From IMG/VR virus record IMGVR_UViG_3300017544_000013, positions 1-26,430 of that record: a stretch of DNA of 26,430 nucleotides, one strand, 5' to 3'. The position numbers were made by a program, and so were the translations under genes. Below, piece after piece: positions 17,169 through 26,143 of this stretch (within the stretch, counting starts at the first letter, position 1; every line of letters begins with the position of its first letter). Below the pieces are notes generated by a model, which did no database searches, had not been told where the DNA came from, and saw nothing but the letters and a program-made list of their open reading frames with translations. The DNA is from a virus (lineage: Duplodnaviria; Caudoviricetes).

Positions 17169-18940
17169 TGGCCGTAGCTCTTTCAGGCATCATTGCATCC
17201 GTGGTTGGCGCAGGCGCGCTTGGCGCTGCCCTGCAGACAGGTCTTGCCCTCATCACGCTTGCCGCCGGTACGACGCTCGGCAGTCTGGCTATCGGGCTCG
17301 GTATTTCTTATCTGGCATCGTCGCTGTTTCGTCCAAAGCAGCCCAAGCCGGAAGATGTGCAGCAGCAGGTTCGCCAGCCTACGCCGCCCCGCATTCGCCA
17401 CTATGGCCGCGTGAAAACTTCCGGTGCCTGGATATTCGCCGAAACCCAGAGCGGCGGCTTCTTCAAGGTTCTTGCCTTGGGGCAAGGCCCATTCGATGGG
17501 ATTGAAGAGTATTGGCTTGACGATCAGAAGATCGATTTGCTGCCGGATGGCTCACCGACGCCGCCGAGCAAATGGCGCGAAGGAACGACGGGAAATCCGC
17601 TCTTGCGCATTCAGTCGCGCCTCGGTGCGCCTGTCGAGACGGCATACAGCGAATTGACATCGAAGTTCCCTCAGTGGACGGCTGCGCACCGTGGCGACGG
17701 AATAGCATCGTTGCTCGCCTGCCAATATGCAGTCGGTGACGAGTATTATCTAAGCCTCTTCCCGAACGGCGTGAACACGAACTATCGCGTCGTGGCCCGC
17801 ACGTCACTCGTCAAAAACCCGGTCACGGGTGCAGTCGCTTGGAACGATAACGCTGCCGCAGTGATCCGGGATTACATGACCCATAAGGACGGCATGCGCC
17901 TTCCAGAAAGCCTCGTTTCAACGCCGCTTGCTCAGGCTGGTTGGGTTGCAGCGTACAACCGCGCCGCCGAAGCAATTCCTATTGCTGTTGGCGGTACTGA
18001 ACCTCGCTATCGTCTCTGGGGTTCATACAGCCTTGATGAGCGTCCGGCTGACGTATTAGGCCGAATGCTGGGTTGTTGCGATGGCAGGCTGGTCCCGACG
18101 CCAGACGGTGGCCTTACGCTTGATATCGGGGCATGGTCCGAGCCAACAGTCGTACTGACCGCTGACGCGATCACCGGCTTCAGCGATGTTGGCCGTGGCC
18201 GCGACGTGATGACGACGGCCAATACCATCCGGGCAACGTTCCTCGATCCGAACCAAGACTATCAGGCATCCGATGCCGATCCTTGGGCAGACGAAGACGA
18301 TGTGTCGGTACGCGGCGAAGAAGCCAGAGACGTTCAGTTCAATATGGCACCGTCACACAGCCAAGCCAGACGACTGATGAAGCTCGAATGGTTCCGAGCA
18401 AACCCGAATTGGGTAGGGACTTTCAATACGAACCTGATGGGTCTTGCTGCATTCGGTGAGCGGCTGATCCGCATTCAATACCCGCTATTCGGCATCAACA
18501 GTGTGTTTGAAGTGCTCGATTTCAAGTTCATTCTTGGTGAAGGCGGCATCCTGCAAGGTGCGACTATTCAGGTTCAATCTATGCCTCAGTCGGCATACCA
18601 GTGGGATACGTCGCAGGAAGGGACTGCGCCGGTGTCAGATGAAACAACGTCAGACGATGACTTGCCCGTACCAGACGCTCCGGACGTGACCATTATTTCC
18701 GGCCCAGCGGCAGAATTGAGTTTTCCACCCACTGGCAATCCGTTGCTTAACTACATGGTCCGCTGGAAGAAAACCGCTGATAGCGAATGGCGTGTAGCTG
18801 GGCCACTCGAAAACGACGCAGAGAGCTTTGAAACGCCTACGCTTTCCGCATTAACTGAATACGAGTTCCAACTGGCTGTCCGTACACAGAAGGGCCGTAT
18901 CGGCGCTTATTCGGACAGCACAATCAAAACGACGCCCTGA
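17168..18940 (+). CDS. Tail tip / central hub protein with C-terminal fibronectin type III domain
   Basis: Hydrophobic N-terminus, YGRVKTSG, WNDNAAAVIRDY; FN3 pattern YMVRWK...W...L...TEYEFQLAV...G. Confidence 0.85.
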   Translation: MAVALSGIIASVVGAGALGAALQTGLALITLAAGTTLGSLAIGLGISYLASSLFRPKQPKPEDVQQQVRQPTPPRIRHYGRVKTSGAWIFAETQSGGFFKVLALGQGPFDGIEEYWLDDQKIDLLPDGSPTPPSKWREGTTGNPLLRIQSRLGAPVETAYSELTSKFPQWTAAHRGDGIASLLACQYAVGDEYYLSLFPNGVNTNYRVVARTSLVKNPVTGAVAWNDNAAAVIRDYMTHKDGMRLPESLVSTPLAQAGWVAAYNRAAEAIPIAVGGTEPRYRLWGSYSLDERPADVLGRMLGCCDGRLVPTPDGGLTLDIGAWSEPTVVLTADAITGFSDVGRGRDVMTTANTIRATFLDPNQDYQASDADPWADEDDVSVRGEEARDVQFNMAPSHSQARRLMKLEWFRANPNWVGTFNTNLMGLAAFGERLIRIQYPLFGINSVFEVLDFKFILGEGGILQGATIQVQSMPQSAYQWDTSQEGTAPVSDETTSDDDLPVPDAPDVTIISGPAAELSFPPTGNPLLNYMVRWKKTADSEWRVAGPLENDAESFETPTLSALTEYEFQLAVRTQKGRIGAYSDSTIKTTP

Positions 18941-19004
18941 CCAACCCGAAACTTGAGAAATTCACACCCTGCCTTGGCGGGGAGTTTTGCTATGGAGCAT
19001 CCGC

Positions 19005-20999
19005 ATGACCGTTCGCACGATTGACGAGATTTTCCGCGATTTCGTTACCGATGGCGTTCCCGCGTCCGGCCCGTTCAATCCGCATAAGCCAGATATCCGC
19101 GACACGTTGAAGGCGCTGACCGAGGGGGGCGAGACTTTCCCCGACAATCGCGTCATTCGACTGAACAACGCGAATGAAGGCACAGAAAATAATATCGTTG
19201 TGACGGCTTCTGTCGCCATTCCAGCGGCGGCATATCAGGTGCTCTATATCCTGAATGTCACACAGGAAAACACTGGTCCGGTGACAGTATCAGGCGCGAT
19301 CAATCGCGATCTGGTTACGAACATCAATCAGCCCATAGCGCCGGGTTATCTTATCCCTGGGATGGCGTTGCTCTGCATTGATACCGGAACAGAATTGCGG
19401 CTGCTGTCTTACGGCGATGCCGAAGCAATCCTCGCTGCTGCTGAAGACGCCGCCGCACGGGCCGAGGCTGCCGCCGCTGGGCTTAATCTGCCATCAACTG
19501 GAACGGGTGATAAGGGCAAGGCACTCCTCGTTAACTCTGACGCTACCGGCTATACCCTTGGTTTCGTAGAAATAACAGTTGATACCCGCTCCGATCTCAA
19601 GGCGCTGCCTGTCTTCTTCAAAACAGCCTATCTACTCGAAGCGGGACGCGAAGGCACGTTCGTTCTGAAGGCCGGTTCGCCACCCGTAGCGGACACGCAG
19701 GAAGGCGTCTACGTAGTCAGCAACACAGCTGGATATTATTGGGAGCGTGTCTATGTCGGCGCGGCATCGGCTAAGTGGTTCGGCGCAAAGGGGGATGGGG
19801 TTACAAACGATACTACGGCCATCCAAGCCTCGCTTGATGTGTGCGGCAACGTCATACTACCATACACGTCAGAGGGCTATCTAGCTGGCGGCATCAATCT
19901 TACGAGCGGCATGAGCCTGCGCGGGGAAGATGGCAAATACTCCGGGCCAGATAGCACAATCTTCGCGCCTCGCAAGTCTTGCATCAAGATTGCCGCTGCG
20001 AGTGCATATGGCGTAAAAATTAACAGCTTCATCGCTGGCAATTACACGCGGCTGGGAAATATCCAGTTTGATGGAGGTACAACTTCAGCCACAGCCGTTA
20101 GGTTGGGCCTAGCAACACTGACCGTCTATGGTGTCCGATTGAATGATATTTCGTTCATTCGTTGCGTTGAGGCCATCGGGGACGAAGTACCGAAAGATAG
20201 CACTACATGGGTGCATGATCTCGAAGTGCGTGGGATGTATTCGGGTCTCACGAGGGGTCGGCAAATTTATCTCCGCCAATCGAATGGATTTATTCTTTTC
20301 CGCGATGTTAAGATTGAAAACACGCACAACGCAGCACAGGTTACATGGGAAACGGCTCGCTTTGACAATATTGCTGGACTGGAACTTGATCGTTTTGATA
20401 TTATAGGTTCAGGGCCATTCCCGATGACCTACAACCCATCAGTAATATCTCTTGTTATTTCTGGTGGACCCGGGCTCGACGCATCCGTGTGGCTCAATCG
20501 AGTTCTCGTCGATAGCACTTGTGGACAAGGTATCGTGATTTCTGGCGTGTACAATGTTGTCAGTGAGGCGACGGGAGTCCACCTAACCTTTGGTGCAAGC
20601 TTGTCTCTCATAAACGTTACAAAATCTCGGTTTAGTAAAACTAGCGTGTTCGGGGCAAAGGGTATGACTAATGCGCCCGCCAGTGCTGAGGGGATTAGAC
20701 TTGATGGATCGAGTGATTGTCAGTTTAGCGAAACATACGTCGAGAACTGCACCGGCAACGGAATTACCCTGAACAACAGCCTTCGAAACAGCTTCCACCA
20801 AACGACAACGAGAGACAACACTGGAACTGGTTTTTACGAGGCCGGAACGTCTGATCGCAACATCAATGCTGGTCTGTATTCTTTCGGCAATGCGACGGGA
20901 TCACTTATCCAAGTAGGTGCGAGTTCAGCAACGGTTAATTGGGTTCCGAACAGCGGCGGCTTTGTCGCTAGCACACTTGGTGCGGTAACTATCGCCTAA
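19005..20999 (+). CDS. Tailspike / receptor-binding protein with pectate-lyase-like right-handed beta-helix
   Basis: GGAG SD before ATG 19005; Ala-rich linker; WFGAKGDGVTNDTTAIQA helix-cap motif; N/G/S-rich beta-helix repeats. Confidence 0.88.
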   Translation: MTVRTIDEIFRDFVTDGVPASGPFNPHKPDIRDTLKALTEGGETFPDNRVIRLNNANEGTENNIVVTASVAIPAAAYQVLYILNVTQENTGPVTVSGAINRDLVTNINQPIAPGYLIPGMALLCIDTGTELRLLSYGDAEAILAAAEDAAARAEAAAAGLNLPSTGTGDKGKALLVNSDATGYTLGFVEITVDTRSDLKALPVFFKTAYLLEAGREGTFVLKAGSPPVADTQEGVYVVSNTAGYYWERVYVGAASAKWFGAKGDGVTNDTTAIQASLDVCGNVILPYTSEGYLAGGINLTSGMSLRGEDGKYSGPDSTIFAPRKSCIKIAAASAYGVKINSFIAGNYTRLGNIQFDGGTTSATAVRLGLATLTVYGVRLNDISFIRCVEAIGDEVPKDSTTWVHDLEVRGMYSGLTRGRQIYLRQSNGFILFRDVKIENTHNAAQVTWETARFDNIAGLELDRFDIIGSGPFPMTYNPSVISLVISGGPGLDASVWLNRVLVDSTCGQGIVISGVYNVVSEATGVHLTFGASLSLINVTKSRFSKTSVFGAKGMTNAPASAEGIRLDGSSDCQFSETYVENCTGNGITLNNSLRNSFHQTTTRDNTGTGFYEAGTSDRNINAGLYSFGNATGSLIQVGASSATVNWVPNSGGFVASTLGAVTIA

Positions 21000-21017
21000 A
21001 GGCAACAGAGATGCAGA

Positions 21018-21060
21018 TTGTAAAGGCAGAGCCAGATTGCTATAGGTCTGGCTCATTTTA
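21018..21060 (+). promoter_or_regulatory. Putative sigma70 promoter overlapping a terminator-like hairpin
   Basis: TTGTAA(21018-23)-N17-TATAGG(21041-46) with a TG extension; GAGCCAGA/TCTGGCTC inverted repeat 21029-21054 followed by ATTTT. Confidence 0.5.
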
Positions 21061-21070
21061 GTATCATGGA

Positions 21071-22303
21071 TTGTGTCAAGTGCTGGATCATATAACCATC
21101 TTTCTTCCGATCGCTTACCGTGGCGGCTCCCTGAGGGTCACAAAAACTATCGCTAAAATGATCCGAGTTGGTAGCAATTATAATTGCGGTGTTCGGATTG
21201 CGGTCTTGGAAGGGGCGTACGACCTCCTTTCGGAGTTCAACGATGTCTATAAATTAGGTGTTGATGTTCGCGAGTTCAGTTGGAGCGATGCTACCGCCGA
21301 AGAGGTAAACTTCTCGAACTTTATTCAAGGGCGCCAGAGAAAGCTAAATCACGAAAAATATTATCTGCCAAATGACGGCGTAGATAATTTCATGAAATCG
21401 GACTTGTGGTTTATTGTTTCTGATCGACTTACAAAGCCGATAGCGCCAGTTCGACCGTATGTAGTTTTTGCGACAGACTATATCCAGCGCTATGTACCCG
21501 GCATCTTTCCAAAGGAGGGGTGGGGCACTATAGATATGTCGTTTTTATATACTGTCAGAGACGCAGATGCTATCGTTACCACAACCCCTCAGACGAAGAA
21601 GGATACCGTTTCGTTTGTCGGCGTCCCTGCGTCAAAAGTTCATCTGGCACCGATGGATTTTGATCCAACTGCCTTCCCTGAAGTCGATTACACCAACCTC
21701 AAACCGCAAGATCATATCATTTGGCCGACTAATCCTACACCTCATAAAAACCATGTGCGAGCGTTCGAAGCGCTAGAGAGATATTATGGGCGTTTAGGCG
21801 GCAGTCTTAAGATTAAGATTGTCGGTCCAAACACTGGATGGCTGGATCCGAAGCAGGAGTTGCCGGACTGGCTCAGCGGCAATAAACACATCACAGACGC
21901 CCGAAAAGTATTAGAAACTCACAAGGACCTGTCCGACATGGTCGAATTCTTGGGCGAAGTGTCAGATGACCAGTATGCTTCCTTGGTATCAAGCGCCGAA
22001 TTTATGTGGCATCCGACATTAATAGATAATGGCACTTTTGCGGTAGCAGAGGCTGCGTGGTTTAAATGCCCATCATTATCCAGCGGATACCCTCAGATGA
22101 GGTATATTGGCGAACGCTTCTCGATCCCTATGAAGTTCTTCAATGCAAGTTCTGTGAAAGAGATGTCAGAAGCTCTGCGTGACATGGAGAAAGATGTCGA
22201 TATCTGGCGGAGTGGCCTTCCATCGCAGCAGAGCCTCTCTAGGCACACGTGGGAACATTATTCAAAAGAATACTGGAATATGCTTCAAGGAATAGCAGCA
22301 TGA
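21071..22303 (+). CDS. wboA: GT4 (GT-B) glycosyltransferase, WboA-like (start may be GTG 21080)
   Basis: YRGGSLRVTK, FATDYIQRYVP, WPTNPTPHKNH, WHPTLIDNGTFAVAEA, YPQMRYI; matches my recollection of Brucella WboA along its length. Confidence 0.8.
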   Translation: MCQVLDHITIFLPIAYRGGSLRVTKTIAKMIRVGSNYNCGVRIAVLEGAYDLLSEFNDVYKLGVDVREFSWSDATAEEVNFSNFIQGRQRKLNHEKYYLPNDGVDNFMKSDLWFIVSDRLTKPIAPVRPYVVFATDYIQRYVPGIFPKEGWGTIDMSFLYTVRDADAIVTTTPQTKKDTVSFVGVPASKVHLAPMDFDPTAFPEVDYTNLKPQDHIIWPTNPTPHKNHVRAFEALERYYGRLGGSLKIKIVGPNTGWLDPKQELPDWLSGNKHITDARKVLETHKDLSDMVEFLGEVSDDQYASLVSSAEFMWHPTLIDNGTFAVAEAAWFKCPSLSSGYPQMRYIGERFSIPMKFFNASSVKEMSEALRDMEKDVDIWRSGLPSQQSLSRHTWEHYSKEYWNMLQGIAA

Positions 22304-23898
22304 AGAATTTGGGCATTATTCTAGGTTTCACCCCCCGTGAACTCGTCCCACACGAGGGAATTGCAAGGCTTATTGGCTTCGTCGTCAGGGGGGCCGTCAA
22401 TTCTCCAGAGGTATCGGTCACGATCGCTGGGCCAGCTTGGCTTCGCAAAGAAATAAAGTATTTGCTTGAAGATGCGGGAATAGACCCTCAAAAAGTCGAT
22501 TTAGTCACCACGAGCGGAGAACCATTTCTGATCCGGTTCTGGAGATTGTCTCAGCGATTTAAACGAAAGGCTAGGCCAACTGTTCGTAGGAACAGGTTAA
22601 TGGGATTGTTGACACGAGTACTTAGCTACATTGTTGCTTGGCTTTCAAGTGCTTCGATCTTCACTTTTCTAGCTGGTGGAGTTGTTTTTGCTTTGCTTGC
22701 AATAGTTTTCGCGATCCCCGTCTTGATTGGAGGAACAGCGGTTGCGGCATTCTTGATTTATCGGCGGTTCTCTCCCCGCATAAAAAGTAGCAAACTCTAC
22801 AAGGTGCGTAAGTGGCTTTCGGCCAAGATAGGGTATGTTATCAGCACCGTAGGACCGCTGGACAAAGTTAGGTCGGCTGAACTGGACCGTTTGGTTAAAA
22901 AGCTAAACAAACGGCGAGATATAGATGTCTGGTATGTTCCTTCCATGTTTTGGCCGGAAGTAAGTAACCTACAGGGCAAGGTTCTCATGGCTGCTCCAGA
23001 CATTGTCTTTTATGAGCACCCGGCTCAATTTTTATCGCCTGGTGATGAAAGAATGCTCGGACGCATGACGAAGAGCATTGCAGCCGCTGATCACCTTATC
23101 TGCTATAGCGACTATGTTAAGCAAAATCATATCGTTAAACACCATAACGTACCGTCAGATCGCGTGCATGTCATACGGCACGGTTACGTTGATACTGCAT
23201 CGATTGAGAAAGGCGACGGTTCCAAGGAAAGCGCTCTTGAAGTGTTGCATAAGTATATTGATGACAAGAACAATGATTTGCCCGAGTACCTGCGTGGTTT
23301 TAGGTTTGATGATGTAGATTTTCTGTTTTATTCATCGCAAGTCCGGCCCCACAAAAATATTGAAAGCTTGATTGTTGTATTTGAGCGACTTCTAAGGGAG
23401 CACTACAGGCCCATTAAGTTGGTGCTGACTGGAAGGGTTCTAGGCAATCCGCGGCTCAAACATATTATCGATACGTATGGTTTAGGCAGAGACGTGATAT
23501 CGCTACCATCTATACCGAACCACGTTCTGGCAGCGCTGTATAGGCTGGCGACCGTTTCTGTCACGCCAACTCAATTTGAAGGTGGCTTTCCATTTACCTT
23601 CTCAGAGGCATACTCAGTCGGAACGCCTTCGGTAATGAGCCGTATTCCGGTGGTAGAAGAGTTAATAGACGATAAAAACTTGCTGGAGAAAATGACCTTT
23701 AACCCGCACAATAAGCGGGAGATGTTGGATCGAATTTTGTGGGCTTTGGACAACAGAGAAGAGCTTATAGCGTTGCAGAAGCCGCTATTCGATAAGTTCA
23801 GCGCTCGATCTTGGGACCTTGTCGCAAACGAGTATGTTGATTTGGCCGTCAATATCGCGTCTGGTCAAATGAACGGAATTGAAGATCGATCAAGGTAG
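22300..23898 (+). CDS. wboB: GT4 glycosyltransferase with an internal membrane hairpin, WboB-like
   Basis: ATGA coupling to the wboA-like gene; RPHKN and FEGGFPFTFSEA GT4 motifs; ~45-aa hydrophobic segment; symbol inferred mainly from synteny. Confidence 0.7.
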   Translation: MKNLGIILGFTPRELVPHEGIARLIGFVVRGAVNSPEVSVTIAGPAWLRKEIKYLLEDAGIDPQKVDLVTTSGEPFLIRFWRLSQRFKRKARPTVRRNRLMGLLTRVLSYIVAWLSSASIFTFLAGGVVFALLAIVFAIPVLIGGTAVAAFLIYRRFSPRIKSSKLYKVRKWLSAKIGYVISTVGPLDKVRSAELDRLVKKLNKRRDIDVWYVPSMFWPEVSNLQGKVLMAAPDIVFYEHPAQFLSPGDERMLGRMTKSIAAADHLICYSDYVKQNHIVKHHNVPSDRVHVIRHGYVDTASIEKGDGSKESALEVLHKYIDDKNNDLPEYLRGFRFDDVDFLFYSSQVRPHKNIESLIVVFERLLREHYRPIKLVLTGRVLGNPRLKHIIDTYGLGRDVISLPSIPNHVLAALYRLATVSVTPTQFEGGFPFTFSEAYSVGTPSVMSRIPVVEELIDDKNLLEKMTFNPHNKREMLDRILWALDNREELIALQKPLFDKFSARSWDLVANEYVDLAVNIASGQMNGIEDRSR

Positions 23899-23907
23899 GA
23901 GGGCTTT

Positions 23908-24180
23908 ATGTCTCGTGATGAGGACTATTCGCAACTGTTCCGATTGCAGTATGAGATGATTGATCGTCTCAAAGGCGAAACAGCCGCCTTACAGATGCTC
24001 TTGAAGGGTGTGATTGCGGAAATTGCTTCGATTGAAAACGGCAAGGAACTTGTCGCCAATGCATTCGAAAGCGCTATGGACGCCACAATCCCATTGTCGC
24101 ACGATCCTACCAAAACGACAGCATTTGGAACGCGAGCTATTGGCCTTCTGGACCAGTGGCGTAACGAGCTGAACGTTTAG
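23908..24180 (+). CDS. Hypothetical helical protein, last gene of the glycosyltransferase cassette
   Basis: 90 aa; strong AGGAGG SD; 9 nt after the wboB-like stop. Confidence 0.75.
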   Translation: MSRDEDYSQLFRLQYEMIDRLKGETAALQMLLKGVIAEIASIENGKELVANAFESAMDATIPLSHDPTKTTAFGTRAIGLLDQWRNELNV

Positions 24181-24204
24181 AATTTATCACACCGTCGACT
24201 GACC

Positions 24205-24233
24205 AAGCCGCCCACTGAGGCGGCTTTTTCTTT
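24205..24233 (+). terminator. Rho-independent terminator of the glycosyltransferase cassette
   Basis: AAGCCGCC-cactga-GGCGGCTT followed by TTTCTTT. Confidence 0.85.
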
Positions 24234-24441
24234 GCCGAGGAAAAGAAGCGACCCCAGTAAGGTTTCAGTGAACTGGGGCCGGAGCGCCTTGGGAAACCAA
24301 GCTGAAAGCAATGATAAGCGCCCGGTCTCACATTAAAGGCGCGATTGTTAACATTTTAATTCGTGCCCAAAAAAAACCTCGGAGCTGGGAAGGTCGCCTA
24401 TGGGTATGGGCATAGGGCGCGCGTAATTGCGCGTCTTGCGC

Positions 24442-24470
24442 AAAAGAAAAACCTCGGTCTAGCCGGGGTT
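24442..24470 (-). terminator. Rho-independent terminator of the hicBA-like operon
   Basis: On the - strand: AACCCCGG-ctaga-CCGAGGTT then TTTCTTTT, 3 nt after the hicA stop. Confidence 0.7.
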
Positions 24471-24473
24471 GCG

Positions 24474-24671
24474 TCAGAAGGATTTCGCTAGGCCTGCCTG
24501 CTTCAATGATGCGTTCGCTGTGTACTTGGATAGCGAACCCTTATCGACAGTGAAGTTTCGATTGCTGATAGGGCTATACCATATCTCATGATCTCCCTTA
24601 CCGGGACGGACGTATTTGCAGCCATTGGCTTTCAATATGTCCGTGAGTTCCCGGTAAAAGCCCTTAACCAT
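24474..24671 (-). CDS. hicA: HicA-family toxin (mRNA interferase)
   Basis: 65 aa; LKANGCKYVRPGKGDHEIW with the catalytic His; C-terminal LKQAGL. Confidence 0.9.
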   Translation of the reverse strand: MVKGFYRELTDILKANGCKYVRPGKGDHEIWYSPISNRNFTVDKGSLSKYTANASLKQAGLAKSF

Positions 24672-24925
24672 TAGTGAGCGGCAACGGCATGCATGCTAAA
24701 GGTTGATTGAACGCATACTTCAAGAAGGTCGGACATTTCGTCCTTCTTGTTCAGCAGATGTGCATTATCTTCCAGAAGCTCGGGGGCAACAGCCACCACA
24801 CGCTTCACAAGGTCATCAATGGTCTTCGCTTCAGAAACGAGGCCGGGAATATCATCACTGGTTGCGACCCATACGCCCGCTTCCTCATCCCATTGAGCAA
24901 CGACGAGATATTTTCTCATGCTCAT
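24671..24925 (-). CDS. DUF1902 / HicB-like antitoxin lacking a DNA-binding domain (start 24925 or 24919)
   Basis: AQWDEEAGVWVATSDDIPGLVSEAKTIDDL; TAATG coupling to hicA; purine-rich SD upstream. Confidence 0.85.
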   Translation of the reverse strand: MSMRKYLVVAQWDEEAGVWVATSDDIPGLVSEAKTIDDLVKRVVAVAPELLEDNAHLLNKKDEMSDLLEVCVQSTFSMHAVAAH

Positions 24926-25090
24926 ACCCCTTTTTCTCCCGTGCTGATCGTTAAGCACGATTGTTCGCAATATGCAAGACGCACAACGAACTCGGAGCAA
25001 TTTTGCTCCATGACAATAAAATAAGTGTGAAAGCTAGAAACGGCAATCGCACGAATAATTAACAATCCGTCATAAAACAAGGAAACGAAC

Positions 25091-25774
25091 ATGACACGAC
25101 GCATCAACGCGGCGGGGCTTTCGCTTGTCAAGCAGTGGGAAGGCCTGAAAACGACGGCATATCGAGACGTAGCCGGAGTTCTGACTATCGGTTACGGCCA
25201 TACGAGTGCGGCTGGATCGCCCAAGGTAACGCCGGGCATGGCTATCGGTGACAAGGAAGCCGAGCTCATCCTGAAGTCCGATCTGGCGAAGTTTGAGGCG
25301 AGGGTGGAGCGTTTGGTGAAGGTTCCGCTGACCGACAATCAGTTCGCCGCGCTCGTTTCGTTCGATTTCAACACCGGGGCGCTGGACAAGTCCACGCTGC
25401 TGAAGAAGCTGAACAAGGGCGATTATGCCGCTGTCCCGGTCGAACTCATGAAGTGGGTGAATGCTGGCGGCAAGAAGGTGCAGGGCCTTGTCAATCGCCG
25501 GGCCGCTGAAGCTGGTCTCTGGGCGAAAGGCGATTTCGTATCGTCCAACTACGTTCCAGCGAAGACGGCAGCCAATAAGACTGATGTCGCCACGATTAGC
25601 GGTGCCGGTGCTGCTGGTGCGGCGGCAACGGTCGGCCCTGTCATTCCTGAAATTGTTAGCACCATCTCCAATCAGCAGGACGAATTGTCTAGCGGTCAGT
25701 GGGTACGTGTGGCGATTGCCGCTGTGATTGTCGCCCTTACCCTCTGGGGCATCTGGCGGAAGACGCGCTCATGA
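25091..25774 (+). CDS. Endolysin, GH24 phage lysozyme with C-terminal hydrophobic segments
   Basis: E-x8-D-x5-T triad (EGLKTTAYRDVAGVLTIGYGHT), QFAALVSFDFN, GLVNRRAAE; C-terminal VRVAIAAVIVALTLWGIWRK. Confidence 0.93.
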   Translation: MTRRINAAGLSLVKQWEGLKTTAYRDVAGVLTIGYGHTSAAGSPKVTPGMAIGDKEAELILKSDLAKFEARVERLVKVPLTDNQFAALVSFDFNTGALDKSTLLKKLNKGDYAAVPVELMKWVNAGGKKVQGLVNRRAAEAGLWAKGDFVSSNYVPAKTAANKTDVATISGAGAAGAAATVGPVIPEIVSTISNQQDELSSGQWVRVAIAAVIVALTLWGIWRKTRS

Positions 25775-26046
25775 TCTGGGCGCTCATTCCCACATGGCTG
25801 AAATACTCGCTCGCTGCCCTTGTGGCGGCGTTTCTGCTTCTGGCGGGTGGATATGCTGCCGGAACCATCAAAGAGCGCCAGCGGGCCGCATTGGCGGCGG
25901 CAGAGGCCACAGCCAAGGCAATCCAGAAAAGGGCGAACATCGATGAAAAGATTATCGGTATGGATGCTATTGCTCTCTGCAATGAGCTTGGCGGCTTGCC
26001 AGAGCAATGCAACGAACTGCGCGGGTTGGAAGGCGATCAGCCTTAA
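25771..26046 (+). CDS. Rz: Inner-membrane spanin (Rz-like)
   Basis: ATGA overlap with the endolysin; N-terminal TM then an Ala-rich helix; overlaps a lipoprotein ORF. Confidence 0.75.
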   Translation: MIWALIPTWLKYSLAALVAAFLLLAGGYAAGTIKERQRAALAAAEATAKAIQKRANIDEKIIGMDAIALCNELGGLPEQCNELRGLEGDQP

Positions 26047-26143
26047 ACCGGCGACGGCTGTCTATCTCGCAGGAAACGATACACTGGCGGGTCAGGGTAT
26101 CGCTTCTCACAATGCATATGGGAAATCGCGGGGCTGCTGGTGA
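25943..26143 (+). CDS. Rz1: Outer-membrane lipoprotein spanin (Rz1-like)
   Basis: MKRLSVWMLLLSAMSLAAC signal peptide II with lipobox LAAC; +1 frame overlap with the Rz 3' end. Confidence 0.75.
   Translation: MKRLSVWMLLLSAMSLAACQSNATNCAGWKAISLKPATAVYLAGNDTLAGQGIASHNAYGKSRGCW

Noticed and set aside
18967-18990. Terminator before the tailspike gene
   Set aside because: Short stem with an interrupted U-tail next to the RBS; too weak to call.
19005-21070. Diversity-generating retroelement or invertible tail-fibre cassette
   Set aside because: No reverse transcriptase, template repeat, invertase or flanking inversion sites are seen in the window.
24671-25000. Track's 109-aa version of the antitoxin
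   Set aside because: The N-terminal extension lacks an SD and domain similarity; a start at 24925 or 24919 fits the purine-rich SD.
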